64,000 bases of DNA from Octopus sinensis. Taxonomy: Eukaryota. This document shows, piece by piece, positions 35,876 through 49,464 of this stretch. The stretch covers positions 43,338,001 through 43,402,000 of the forward strand of contig NC_043005.1 of the NCBI RefSeq assembly GCF_006345805.1. The letters run 5' to 3'. How positions within the stretch are numbered: position 1 is the first letter of the stretch; each line of letters opens with the position of its first letter. The position numbers and the translations under genes are program-made. Under the pieces are notes generated by a model, which saw only the letters and a program-made list of their open reading frames with translations, searched no databases and was not told where the DNA came from.

Positions 35876-37067
35876 TATATATATATATATATAGATATAT
35901 ATATATATAGATATATATATATATATATGCATATGTATATATGTATGTGGATGTATATGGATGTGTATGTATGTATGTATGCATGTGTGTGTATATATAA
36001 ATATGTATGTATATATATGTACATCTTTATGTATATGTATATATGTGTGTGTATATGTGTATGTATACATATATGTGAGTGTATATAGATATATATGCAT
36101 ATGTGTGTATATATACAAACACATATACATATGTGTGTTTGTGTAGCCATTCCTTCTCTCTTTCTTGATATGTGTGTGCACACACACACACACATGCAGA
36201 TATATAAATATATATATATATAGTGGATCTCTGTTTAACCAACTTCGTTACCTCTTCCTGAATTTACATACATATATCTGAGTATTTCACAGACAAATCT
36301 TACCTTAACCTTACACTCCAAGAGAATCAGTATCACAAGTGTGAGAGCAATGAAGCTTTACCCAACAGGTTTCCATACATTTCCCCCTATTGAGTTTCAT
36401 TCACAAAAAATATTGGGCAATCCATAACTATAGCAGCAGTCTTCTGTCCAAAAATGCCACTCTGTGGAATTGAACCTGAAACCATATGTTTGGGAAGCAA
36501 GCATTTACCTTCTCTTCACATTTTTTTTTTGCTATTTTCTTTAAGATTTAAGATAGCATGGTGTAATTTTATGAGGATTTGGTTGCTATTTCTAGCAGTT
36601 TAAATGACTTCATATAGGCTACTTCATGGGGACTAAAGATAGGGCATGTGAGTGTTTGTGCATCTGTGTCTGTGTGTTTCAACTATCTCCAGCTCCCATA
36701 AATTGTATGTAGTCAAACTGCTAGAAAGAGCAGCTAAATCATCATTAATGCAATGGCATGATGTCATTGATAAAAAAATTACATTAGTGTAAATGCAATG
36801 TTATTACCGGTTCAAAATGCCAGTGGCATGTTCGAACTCATAAGCAACCCATTCACTGTGTTTTCATGCACACATGCATACACATAATCCATAAGCAAAT
36901 TTAGAAGTTGATGTATGTGTGTATATATATATGTGTATCTGAATATGTATAGGTTTGTGTATGTGTGTGTGAATAAATTTATATATTTAGATAGATGATA
37001 GATAGATAGATAGATAGATAGACAGACAGATAGATAGATAGATAGATAGATAGACAGGTAGACAGAC

Positions 37068-37102
<35 letters not shown>

Positions 37103-37773
37103 CAGGTAGACAGACAGACAGATAGATAGATAGATAGACAGGTAGACAGACAGATAGATAGGTAGATAGATAGATAGATGGACAGGTAGGTAGATAGGTA
37201 GGTAGGTATATAGATAGATAGATTAGTAGACAGATAGACAGACACATAGATAGATAGATACATACATACATACACACACACACGGCATACTCGAACTATT
37301 AAAAGGTTTACATCAGAAATGCAATGTTCCTGTTTCAATCTTGCTCTATGGCATCTTGAGCAAGAGTTATTTTCTCCTACCTGAAGTGAACCCCTATGTA
37401 GTTATAGAAGTTACTTGGATGAAGATTGCGCAGAATGTCCATCGAATGGATTGTACCTTTTTGTTATTAACAAAGAAGTACTGGGGTTGATTTGTTCAAT
37501 TAAGACCCTTCAAGGCAGTACCCCCCCCCCAACATGCCCACAGTCCAATGACTAAAACAAGCTGAAGAATAAAGATTATACACATACACACACATGCACG
37601 CACACACACATAACCTTAGTATTTGCTATCTGCCTTGATCTACCTATACATATCCCCTGTCTGTCTCAATCTGATATTACATCTCCTAAATCTAGTGTTT
37701 CTACTCCTGTATAAGTTTACACTTCAACCTATATTTGACCATAAACTGCAGCTATTTACCCCTTGTGCATGTC

Positions 37774-37817
<44 letters not shown>

Positions 37818-37886
37818 AATTTTTTGTGTAATATATGTATGTATTTATATATATATATATATAGATAGATAGATACACATATATGT

Positions 37887-38037
37887 CCACTCTGCTGGGT
37901 GGTTGGTGTTAGGAATGGCAGCCAACCATAAAAACCTTGCCAAAACAGACACAGAAGTCTGGTGCAGGTTCCTGCCGGGCCAGCTCCTATCAAACCGTCC
38001 AACCCATTCTAGCATTGAAGGCGGACGTCAAACGATG

Positions 38038-38040
<3 letters not shown>
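37887..38040 (+). mobile_element. RTE 3'UTR tail
   Basis: GGTGGTTGGTGTTAGGAA...CAAACCGTCCAACCCATTCTAGCATTGAAGGCGGACGTCAAACGATGAT. Confidence 0.7.
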
Positions 38041-38085
<45 letters not shown>

Positions 38086-38421
38086 TACACATACACACAT
38101 TCCTCTGTTATCTCTTCCGTTATATCTTTACTACATTTTGTCAACGCCACCACACATACCAACTGCATGTAATTGTCTTTAACCTCTAAACTCCTCTTGT
38201 TCCCATTGGAGAGGCATGTCGAAAGCTACACAACACAATGATCAACTGATTGAAATACATAGGATCTATTACTAATACCTTTTTTTTTTTTTATTTTGCA
38301 TTGGAATCATATGTCAGTTAGACAAGGTTTTGCTGATTTTAATATACTTCATTTTCGCCTGTATTGTATGGTTTACACAGCTATTGACTTCAGAGTAAAT
38401 ATATACATATATAAGATAGGC

Positions 38422-38890
38422 AGAAGGGTGGCTGTGTTGTAGGAAGTTTTCTTTTCAAGCACATGGTTCCAGGATCAGTCCCTTTGTGTGGCAACTTGGG
38501 CAAGTGTTTTCTGTTATAGCCTCAGGCCAACCAAAGCCTTGTGAGTGGTTTTGATTGATGGAAACGGAGAAAAGCCTGTCATGTACTCACGCATGCGCAC
38601 AAGCACACACACACACACACAAACACACATATAGGCAAATTGAAAATAAAAATAAAAACATGAGTCAAAAGACATACATAGGGAATGTATTAGATTGACG
38701 CTCAATTTAACATGAAAAGAAGTGGGCGGGGTGATGTTTTGAGCATGGCTCAGCTCTTTGTTGGAAAGAAGAAAAATCTGAAGCAAGGAAAAAGTATATA
38801 TATATATAGTGGGAGGGTCTTTATCCACCACCACCACCACCAGCATTTGACAACCAGTGTTGGTGTGTTTACCTCCCCATAACTTAGTAG
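38422..38890 (+). mobile_element. Degenerate SINE-B pieces
   Basis: Head GTGGCTGTGTTG...CTTGGGCAAGTG at 38425-38580; TTGACAACCAGTGTTGGTGTGTTTAC at ~38847. Confidence 0.6.
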
Positions 38891-39169
38891 CCTTGTGGAT
38901 AAGAAAGAGTGTCATTATTCTAAGTTTAGGAAGAAAAAATTTCATTTCAAATACAATCTGGTACAGTGAACACTTTCCAGATCATGACACTTGTTACAAT
39001 AAGATATGCACCCAGCCAAAGCAGTATAGATGTAAATATCTAGGAAAATGTTGCATTTCTAAAGATGGAATGAGTATGAAAAATTATTGTTAGTTCTTAA
39101 AAATAGTTAAGAAATTCTGTTATTATGATGTAATTTACAATTTCGTTGCTATGAATGCTTTAATATTTT

Positions 39170-39196
39170 CATTTTTTTTTTCTTTTCTATTTGCAG
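39170..39196 (+). promoter_or_regulatory. 3' splice acceptor in front of the zinc-finger coding exon (5'-UTR intron)
   Basis: Long polypyrimidine tract ending ttttctatttgcag at 39196, 36 nt before the ATG; implies an upstream non-coding exon. Confidence 0.75.
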
Positions 39197-39232
39197 GCAT
39201 TGACTGTGATAAACATCTAACTGTGATACAGA

Positions 39233-40690
39233 ATGAATACAGCCTCCAAAATTGCACCTACAAGCTCTAAGTACACCGTACAAGTGGTCACAAAATACAT
39301 GTGTCGCAACTGTGGCCAGCAGTTTGAATCTACGGATGATATGGATGCTCACATTGAAACACACAATCGGGGAAATCCACCGCACAGCTGCTTCGTGTGC
39401 GGCAAGTCGTATCGCACGCCCTCCAAGCTGCGGCGTCACGTTCGCGTACACAGCGGTGAGAGACCGTATGCCTGCAGCCTGTGTGAGCGACGTTTTACGC
39501 GTTCCGACCATGTTAAGCAGCACATGAAGGTGCATCAACCCCAACGGCAGCGCAATCAGTGCCGACTGTGTGGGCTACGCTTCAGCAAACCAGCCACACT
39601 CTACACCCACCTTCAAGGCCATGGTATCGAAACCTTGCACATGTGCGATTTATGCGGAGAGACATTTCGGGAGGAGGACCACTTAGCTAGACACAAGAGA
39701 GTTCACCACGGCGGTGGTGGCGGTAACGGTGGAGTCGGTGGTGGTGGTGGCGGTGGTGTTGGCAACATCAACAGCAACAGCAATAACAGCAACAACAACA
39801 GCCAGGATACAATGCACCAGAATGCTGTCAGTACGACAACACTCGTAAGCGATGATATTGAGCAAGAATTTAAGATGGATCATAATAACGATGAGAATGT
39901 AAATGCTCTTTCCATTGCCTGTTTTGGTATGAGTGCAACAGGCAGCAACAGACTAACACCTGTACGCATCCTTCCAGATGAAAGCCGGCCAGCCTCCAAC
40001 GAACAGCCTCCTCATTGTATGATAAGGCTTGACAATCCAGACAGATTCCTGGATCAGAGAATGTGCGACGATTATGAAAACAATGCACTGAACTTAAGCA
40101 CGAAACCAGACGTCAACACCACCCTGTCCTCCTGTTACACGCCCACTGAATCCACTCCTGTGACAAACCACAACCTAACATACATCAAAACAGAGCCAAT
40201 CAACAATGGCGTAGGCATGTATATGACGCCTAACTACTCAGGAGAGGAAAGAAACGACGATTTGGGTGAACGTGGAGAGGAGAACTCTTCTTTGTCTGAA
40301 GAGCGGTTCACCGCAAGCTCTCCACTGATGCAAACTCCATACGCACATACTTTGCAAACGACTACAACAACTACTACGACTACAAACGGAGGCACGATTG
40401 CCTCTCTCTTGCAACAACACACAGATTCGATACCACCATCCTTTTCACTGCAACGAAATTCCCCACATTCTTCTGAGTCTTACCCACAGCCATTCCCAGG
40501 AAAAAGATACCATCATTGTATGTCTTGTGGTATCTGGTTCGAAGATCTGGCTATGAGTATGCTTCACAATAGTTTACATTACACAGATGGTCTCAATGAA
40601 TTCTCCTGTAAGAAATGCTCGAAAAAACTGAGCAACAGGCTGGAATTCACAGCACATTTAGTCTGGCACCTGGAACCTAACACTCAATGA
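39233..40690 (+). CDS. C2H2 zinc-finger transcription factor, 485 aa: 5 N-terminal fingers plus a C-terminal Ikaros/Hunchback-like finger pair
   Basis: Long GC/CpG-rich ORF in AT-rich DNA. Five CxxC-x12-HxxxH fingers at aa ~22-158 (39296-39706) with a canonical HSGERPY linker. Gly-, Asn- and Thr-rich low-complexity tracts follow. Two more fingers at aa 427-479 (40511-40669). An in-frame TAA at 39218-39220 upstream supports ATG 39233 as the start. Confidence 0.96.
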   Translation: MNTASKIAPTSSKYTVQVVTKYMCRNCGQQFESTDDMDAHIETHNRGNPPHSCFVCGKSYRTPSKLRRHVRVHSGERPYACSLCERRFTRSDHVKQHMKVHQPQRQRNQCRLCGLRFSKPATLYTHLQGHGIETLHMCDLCGETFREEDHLARHKRVHHGGGGGNGGVGGGGGGGVGNINSNSNNSNNNSQDTMHQNAVSTTTLVSDDIEQEFKMDHNNDENVNALSIACFGMSATGSNRLTPVRILPDESRPASNEQPPHCMIRLDNPDRFLDQRMCDDYENNALNLSTKPDVNTTLSSCYTPTESTPVTNHNLTYIKTEPINNGVGMYMTPNYSGEERNDDLGERGEENSSLSEERFTASSPLMQTPYAHTLQTTTTTTTTTNGGTIASLLQQHTDSIPPSFSLQRNSPHSSESYPQPFPGKRYHHCMSCGIWFEDLAMSMLHNSLHYTDGLNEFSCKKCSKKLSNRLEFTAHLVWHLEPNTQ

Positions 40691-41501
40691 AGAAGAATAA
40701 TTAACGAGGAAAAAAAATAATAAATAAATAAATAAAAGCACTTAAAAAAAAAAAATCTTATTGATGGTGGCTAAAGGGAGATAATAGTAAATTTTGGTGT
40801 CACCAGCAAAGCCAGCAGAGTAAAATTGTGAAAAGCAAATGAGAGAATGATAGCGCTTGGGTAAATAAAGATGATGATAATTATCATCATCTTAATAATA
40901 ATAATAATAATAATAATAATATTAATAATAATAATAATAAATAATTATAATGAATATAAAGAGAAAATATATATATATATAATATGAATTATAATGATAT
41001 AAGTAAAAAGAGAGACTAATACATTGTAAAAAAAAAATAAATAAAATAATATAAAATACAGACAAGCAGGAAAATGAGGCAAGATCAACAGATCAATTTA
41101 TATGAAATGGAAAAAAAAAATGGGATTTTGTTGTCCCATGGGAATTTTTGTTCTTGTTATATTTTTTAACTGTAAAATTGGACCAATTTTTAAATTGTTT
41201 AAACCTACAGATTCCTATATTATGAATGTGTTTCCAACATTTATCGAAGACGAAAACAAACAAACAAAAAAAAAAAAAATGATTTAAAAAAAAAAACACA
41301 CACAAAGGAAATGGGGATATATGTTGGATTAAATTTTTTTTTTTTTGTTTTTGTTTTTTTATTTTCTCAAATTTCAAATTTTATTAATAAGTTATTTAAT
41401 TAAGCATTTTAGTTTGAAAGAAATCTGTGAATGAAAAAAAGAAAGAAAAACTATTGAATCTGTAATTTAAAAAAAAGAAGAGGAAATCTACTTGTCTTTT
41501 T

Positions 41502-41537
<36 letters not shown>

Positions 41538-41618
41538 CACATACATACACACACGCATATATAGATATGTTTATGTATGTATACTGTTATATGTATCTGT
41601 ATATGTATGTATATGTGT

Positions 41619-41667
<49 letters not shown>

Positions 41668-44600
41668 ATCTGTAAGCAACTATCCTCTTTATCAATAAGA
41701 AATACCTTCCTTTTTTTCTCTTAAGTTTATTTATCCTTTTTGTTGCCAAAACAAGGCTGTATATCTTTATTGCCCTGTTGTATCCTATTTGGATGACATA
41801 ATTTGTGATATTAGACTTAATGCCATCTAACAGAAATCTTTGACATTTTTATGGGTCTTTCTTAAAAAAAACAAAACAAACAAAAATAATCGTTTCACTC
41901 TTTTCTACTACTACTACTACTACTAATACAGCTCATTTGTAGTAAGATTATTATTTTTTTTTCTTTTTGTTAATCTATAATTTTTAGTTTATCTCTTAAA
42001 AGTTAAACCTATCCCCTCCCCCCTCCATACTAGCTCTATTTATGCTTACACACCTATTTTAATTGTTCTTTGTTTTTTTTGGTTGTAATTTTTTTTTTTA
42101 AATTTACATTTTAAAATAACGTAAGAAATGAGGGCAACATTCATGATTTCTTTTATTCTGTATTATTTTTATTTCATCTTTTTTTTTTTTGGTACTCTAT
42201 TGAAATAGATAATATAGAAATTACTTATTATTATAAATCACTTATACAACTATTATCATTGATAGTATTAATTCCCTCCCACCACCCCGCCTCCTTTCCT
42301 TTACTGCTGTTATTTTGATGATAATGTTACGTTGAAAGACAAACTTTTATTTTCTCACATTGTCTTTCTTTTATTCCACCCACCCCCGCCACCACCTTTA
42401 TCACAGTCTGCATTTTTTTTTTTTTAATATTTATTTATTCACTAATTTTTTTTTTCTTCATTTTATTTCATTTTTTTTTTTTTTTTGTAAATTCACTTTT
42501 AAAGAAACTGTTTTGCTTCTCTGCTTGATTGTTTCTTTACCATTTTGCCATCCACTGTCTTTCGCCTGCCCTCATTCCTCTTAAGACTCTCTTCATCATG
42601 TATTTTGTTTACTATTCACAAGTACTGTCAACGTCTACAATAATAATATACCCTTTCATTGACACTGGTATTGTCCATACCAGAACTAGTGTAAAGAAAG
42701 ATGGCTCTCTTCTTCCGATTCTACGGTACCATGGTTTCTTGCCACTTGCCACCCCCACCCCTATGCCTTCTCTATGAAGCTCTGATCTCTCAAGTGAGTG
42801 ACAAGAATATCTGGCCCTGGTCGGAACCAACATTCAAAGAAGGAATAAAATATGTTTGTAGAAGGAAAGAAGAAAAAAAAAAAAAACAAAATAATAACAA
42901 TAATAATAATAATGATATGGTACACCCTTTTTTTAAAAACTATCTTAAATGAAAGTCTGTTGATGATTTATTGAAATTATCATTAAGAAGGAAAAGAAAC
43001 TAGGATGGTATTTGAGATAATATATAGTAAAGAGAATCAGTTGGATGAAATAGTTTAACATGCCTTCATCTTTTTCTGTTGGCCTCAGTCTACTTCAATC
43101 ACTTGTTCATCTCTCTCTCTCCTTTTATCTCTGTTCTGGTTATTTTCATGCTTTTGCAGCCTTTTGATTCTCGCTTCTGACTTCTTTAGTTTTTCTGGAA
43201 ATTTCTTTTATAGGTATTGAAAATTATCTCCCTTAGGTCAAGTCCATTTGGGCAGTACACTCACAAAAAAAAAAAACTCTCTCTCTTTCTCTCTCTCTCT
43301 CACACACACACATACACACACACCTTTACCTTAATCTCTGCTTTCTCCTCTTCAAAGATGCATAAAGCCCCTGTTCACATTCACCCACAAACACACCTGA
43401 AACAATAAATTGTATTACATCAATCTATACCTCTTAATCATTGTAAGATTATTTACAGTCATTCCAAGTTGTGTACGTATGCAGCTATATACGAGTATAT
43501 ATTTGTGTATATATACATGCATACATGCATACATATATACATACATATGTTTATATGTATTATGTATAAAAATACATGACAAGTACCACAGCAATTCTAA
43601 CAAAATTGGAATGAAGATATAATATAACTCTATTTCCAAATGCAACTTCAGTTTTTCACATGCACATATTAATGGAATGTTCCAGAATATTCAAATTTAG
43701 TTCACCTTAGACATAATGTACTACTGTGATATGGCAAAATTTTATTATTATCATTATTATTATTATTATTAATAATACATAATTTTGAGTTTACACAATT
43801 GTAATTTAATATTAGCATAATGCATATGTGGCAATGTTTACAAATTATGTGAATTACTCTCACCCAACACACACACAAAAATATCACTATGTACACCTCC
43901 CGTTCCTCCTCTCTCTTCCTCTCTTGCCTGTGAGATACTAAAAATCTGTGATGTATATCATCATCTTTTGCTTCTTCTCACGTTTGCTCCTTTTCTCAGT
44001 TTTATTATCCTCTCTCTTTAGTCTTACAAACTTGAGTTTTATTAAAGTTCACTTTTTTCATTCAAGCTCTCAGGCTGCCATCATCATTTTTGCTGTGTGT
44101 TTCTACAGCTGTAATGGCCACAAAACCCCTGCAGCTCCTTCCCATTTCCCCCCCACTTATATTATTGAAATAACTAAGAATTAAATCACATCTATTGGAG
44201 TAGAGATAAAGCTGTGTATTGCTTATGTGTATATATGGTGTGTTTGTGTAGGGTATTGCATTTACTTGCATAATATCTTGTACAGGATATAAAAAAAGTG
44301 ATATCTATATCATATAGTAACCATCCCTTCACATTCAGATTACATGGTTGGTAATAAGAAATATAAAACAAACAATATATCATTATTACTTCTAAACTGT
44401 AAAGCTTTTTATTTATTATTACAATTATTATTTTTTTAATTTCATTTTGTGAATGAAATAAGTTTTGAAAATTGATCCGTCTTGCTTTGATTCTGTCAAG
44501 AAAGAAAAAAATAGTTTCTTGAATCGAATGAAATGAAGCAAAGCAATGTTAAATAATATATTGAGAGCTGTGAGAGTTGTTTAAAAGTTATTTACTGCTC

Positions 44601-44765
44601 CATCTGATAAAGCTGTGACTTTTCTGCCTATCATGTGATATTTAATGATGAAAGTTGGCTTAAACTAATTATCTAAACGACTGTCATTCTTCTCTCAAAA
44701 TGATCAATCGATCTTCCATTATACTGAGAATGAAGCTTTATTATTTTCATAATGGTCTATTATTA

Positions 44766-44798
<33 letters not shown>

Positions 44799-47700
44799 CA
44801 TTATTATTATTATTATTATTATTTATCTTGATAATAACTAAACAAACTTAACTACAGCTCAGAGAAGGATAGAAATTAATTAATGACTGAAATTGTCTAG
44901 AAACAGTTATAAAAATATCCTGATAATCATAGTTAACCTGTTTTTTAAAACATTCTTTTATTTGGAATGGTTTCTTGGACATTTTTTATGTAATATTTAT
45001 TTCCTGGAATCATGATTACAACTAGCTGAGGTTTGCTCTTTGGGCATCATAATAAATCTTTGAATATACAGAACAACAACAACGACAACAGTTATAATTT
45101 CTAGGCACAACACTATTCATCAACAGCAATTAAATTTTATATATCATATCCCCAAATCTTGATATAATAAAACTATGATGATGATTTCTGGCAAAGATAG
45201 GAGGACAGAAATTTGATAGGACCTTGGAAGGATGAGAAACAAAGTTGAATTCTAATTTTCATCTTCTATGTTGATAAGATTAAGTACCAGTCAAGTACTG
45301 GTGATGATATTATCAACCGTTTCCTTCCAAAAGAATTTCAGACCTTGTATCTATCTTGGAAATTATTGGAAGAATTAATAGGAACCTTGGTAAACATTTT
45401 CACTTATGAGTGTTATAAGAAACAATGTTAAGCAAAACACAAATTCTGTGGGAACTATTATCTATAAAATGTGAATGTTTATAATTATAAACCCATTCAA
45501 CCCATTTGTCTTGTAGAATAGCCTTGGCCTGGTAGATTATCAGTTATATTTTCAAGCAGATGTGATAATTCATGCATAATTTGTATTTATAATAAAATGT
45601 TTTTTTGCCCCAAGATCTCAAATTGTAAGGACGGCTAGAATATCCTTTAAATGTTTCTACAAATGAACTGTTATACCATTTCAACTAGTACAACTTTAGA
45701 CTCCACCTTAAGAACCCTTGACTAATAGGCCACACTTCATATTTCCTCTCAAACATCACAACAATAGTTTCTTTCTTGAGTCAAGCAGTTTGTGTTCGAA
45801 AATGTCTTGACCAAAATATTCAGTTCCTGACTTCTTAATATTTGGTTAAAATTCCAACAAATAAAATTACGTTTTTAATTTAGTTATTTATTGCTTGTTA
45901 TTTGAAATATTCACTAATAGAACCTAAATTTTTTTTCTTCATATATATTTTAATAAAAATAATCACTGTTTTATTTTTTCTCATTATTATTATTATTATC
46001 ATTATCATTATTAAATTAAATGCAAGAAAATATCAAAATTGTTTGACTCTGTTGAAATAGCTATATTGCAAACAACTTTATAAACATTTTATATTGATTT
46101 AGTAAGTTCTTTCTTGAACGTTAAGACATATGAAGTGATATGCTAGGTACTGACATCACATTTTAGAAAGTAGTTTATTAGAATACATATACCAAAGCCT
46201 AATTTCAAGGTCTCTGTTATTTTATTCCAGTTTTATTGCATAATAATAGTTTGATAAAACCCTGAGGGGATTTTATTCCTTTATTTTTGCTGTATGATGA
46301 ATCAGTAATACCAGTTTAAAGTTTAGGAAATGAAAAAGGCATCACTCACTAATTGCTGTAATCAGGTGATAAGATTTTGATAAAATTGTTCTAAAAAGGT
46401 TGTAGAATCAGTCAATAAAGATCCAACATCAAGCTTAACCAGAAGCCCAGATTTCCAGCAGGATGCTGATTCTATTTGGATCCGCAGGAGTTAAAAGTTT
46501 GTTCTATTGGAACATTACGTTGGTAAATTACACATTGGTTTTCTACAACAATGACATGTAACTACGCATAGCACCTATTAACTAAAACATTGAAAGTTGT
46601 TTGGGGAATGACTACAGTACAACACGCAGCACCAGTTAACGCAATCCAAATGAGCAATTACTTTGCTCAGTTGCTAGGCAACCAACTAATATATTCTTGA
46701 GCACTTTGGTTCTACTTATCTCCCTCTCAGTCGTATCCAAGATTAGTTAAACTTTCCAGTCTGTTATTACTCTTTACAAATCAAAATTTAAATAATTGAC
46801 AAGAATAATTGATTCCATACTTAGAAAGGTGATAAACTTTTTTTCTTTTCTTTTTAAATTTTTTTTTTATTGTTAATATATTTTTTTAACATTTATGTCT
46901 TTTTTTTCTTTTTGCAGATATATAACATCTTAAATAACTAGTTCACCATCACTAATTTTAATCAAGTCAACTCTTCACATATGACATATGACTCTTAAAT
47001 GGCTTAGCTAGGATCTGTAGCCCTTGGCAGAGAGTCAAAGACACTTTTAATGACCCTAACTTAATTAACAGGCGTGATAGACCACAGGGAATTTTGTGAC
47101 CCTGCACATGTATACCCGAAGTCAACAGGTCTCTACTATTGCTATGACTCCTATTAAACTCCTAGTTTTATTTTCACTATAGGTTCACATGAGACTTGCA
47201 CTATAACTAAGACATTTAGTTAATGTTTCGCATTTAACCTTTCATTCCTGGAAACCATTTCTGCATTTGTATTGTCATCTATTTATGATATTTTGGCAAA
47301 TGTGTGATAACATATCTATTGATGATGAGAATACAAAATAGCAGCATCTGAAAAACTCCTTTGATGGCTTTGGTTAAAGCTGCTGCTTTGCATTATATTA
47401 CAGAGAAGGTTGAAGTTAGGCAACTGTCCTGTTTCCCTATATAGCTTTTACTGGGTCTCGGTATCATACAATACACACTCTCTTAATGAACAAACTATTG
47501 AAGAGTTGTTAGAGTAGTTCTCCTCATGTTTGAGGGAATAGTCTCCTATGAACAATTTAGTGACTTTCATACAAATGTTAACCTGAGAATAATTCTTCTT
47601 TAAATGAAAATTGCAATAGATGTATACAATTTTGTAAGTAATATATATATGAATGTGCATGAGTGTGTGTGCTCTTTCTCTTACACATACGCATATAAGT

Positions 47701-47984
47701 ATTGGTGTGTGTGTGTGTGTCTGTATATGTATAAATATATATATATATATATGTCTATTTATGTATATTGCTTAAATATTTGTAACATTGTACTGTTTAT
47801 ATATAAGTAATGATTTAGAGAGGCACGAATTGAGTATGTCTGTAGCTGTGCACAGTGAAACACGTTTTGTATGTTTATTTAGATTATTCTGTTACGACCT
47901 GTCTCCAATCCTTTCTTATAATTTATATTTCTATCTGGTGATAATACAAAGTAAGAGACAGAAACTATTATTATTATTATCATT

Positions 47985-48015
<31 letters not shown>

Positions 48016-49141
48016 TATTATTATTATTGGAGTTTATGAAACTTGTTGATGACTATAATGAGTTTGTTTTATTTCTTTGTTAAAAATAAAATTTAAACCC
48101 TTATTGTTATTATTCTGTTGCGTTATTATCTAGACATATGTTTTTGTTACCAATCTTTATTTACTGACAAACTACATCTTACTGCTCGCAGCTATTCACT
48201 TAGACATTTTCATTTATTTGTTTTTTTTGTTTTTTTTTAAATGAATATTTCAGTTTGTTTTTATTTTATTTTATTCTTTTGTTATCAATTTATAATTTCA
48301 ATTATTTTTCTCCCTAATGCTAGATTCCCAATATTTTCTAAATTGCTACCTTTTTTTTTTTTTTTCTCTCTCTCTCTCACACTTTGTTACATTCTCTCTG
48401 TTTCTTGCCTGCATCCCTTCTCTTATCTCCATTTGTTTTATCACATTAAAATATATTTACACCATTTTCAAAGTGATTGAATTCAAAACTATCATTCATT
48501 TAGAATTTCCAATTTCTTCAATATCACCTATTAATTCTAATTAATGCCATTAATTTTATCCCTTATTTCAATTAATTTTGTTCCCATAAATGCCAACAAA
48601 GAAATTTTTACATAGCACTTCTCGATGATTTGCTGATAATTTTAGAAATAATATTTTTCAAATTGGCTCAAAATAGAAATGGTTGTGCTTTAAAATGAAA
48701 TAATGTCTGATATGGGGTTAAGTACTAAGTTTTATCAGTTATTAAATATAAACTCCAAATGATATAATTAAGAAAGGATAGAGATCAATGTGTACAGCTA
48801 CATATAAGTTTGATTGTGTATACATGTGTATAATAAAATAAACTTTCATATAACTGTGTGTGTATACATGCAATGTGCAAAGATGTGGAATTAAGCACCA
48901 CATTTGACCCTCGAACTCACATCTAACCAGCATGGTAATAGTGGTTGTAAAATGGTGAGATGTCTATCTTCATGTGTATGTATGTGAATGTATGTATATG
49001 TATATATATATACACACTACTTTATACATATATTTGTGTATGTATGTATGTGTGTGTGCATATATATATATATATATACATATAAATTGATAGAATGGGA
49101 TAAAATAAGACCAAAAAGACCATAACATCTATCAAGAAAAG

Positions 49142-49189
49142 GTCTTACAGCTGTTTTCCTGATATTTTATATGTCCCTTCATCAGAGAC
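49142..49189 (-). ncRNA. Degenerate paralogue of the 17.6-kb hammerhead motif
   Basis: Minus strand reads GTCT-CTGATGA-agggacatataaaatatcag-GAAAAC-AGCT-GTA-AGAC. 4-bp stem I, one extra A in the GAAA core, eroded stem II. Flanks are homologous to ~17560-17730. Confidence 0.6.
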
Positions 49190-49464
49190 GGTGCAAGAAA
49201 ATGTTTGAGTTTTAATTATTATAGAGAAGATATGAAATACAGAGGGAAAGAAGTGAATGAATGTAGAACTGAGATACGTAAGGATATATTTAGATACGCA
49301 ATGGAATCCCATCGAACACAGTGTATGAGTGTTCAGATTTTGCCGAATGACCTGCGCAAATGATTTGTTTATGGTGGTGGTCAAATGTACATGCTGTACA
49401 TGAGGTCACTTCCTCCATCAAACTGACATTGTCTTTACAGGTGCACATGTCAGATGTCGAAATG

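Noticed and set aside
39149-39544. 131-aa minus-strand ORF over the zinc fingers, and other short ORFs within 39.2-40.4 kb
   Set aside because: Shadow frames of the GC-rich zinc-finger CDS.
48700-48750. U2 snRNA-like words (TCTGATATG, TTATCAGTT)
   Set aside because: Their order is reversed relative to U2 and there is no further homology; just a short inverted repeat.
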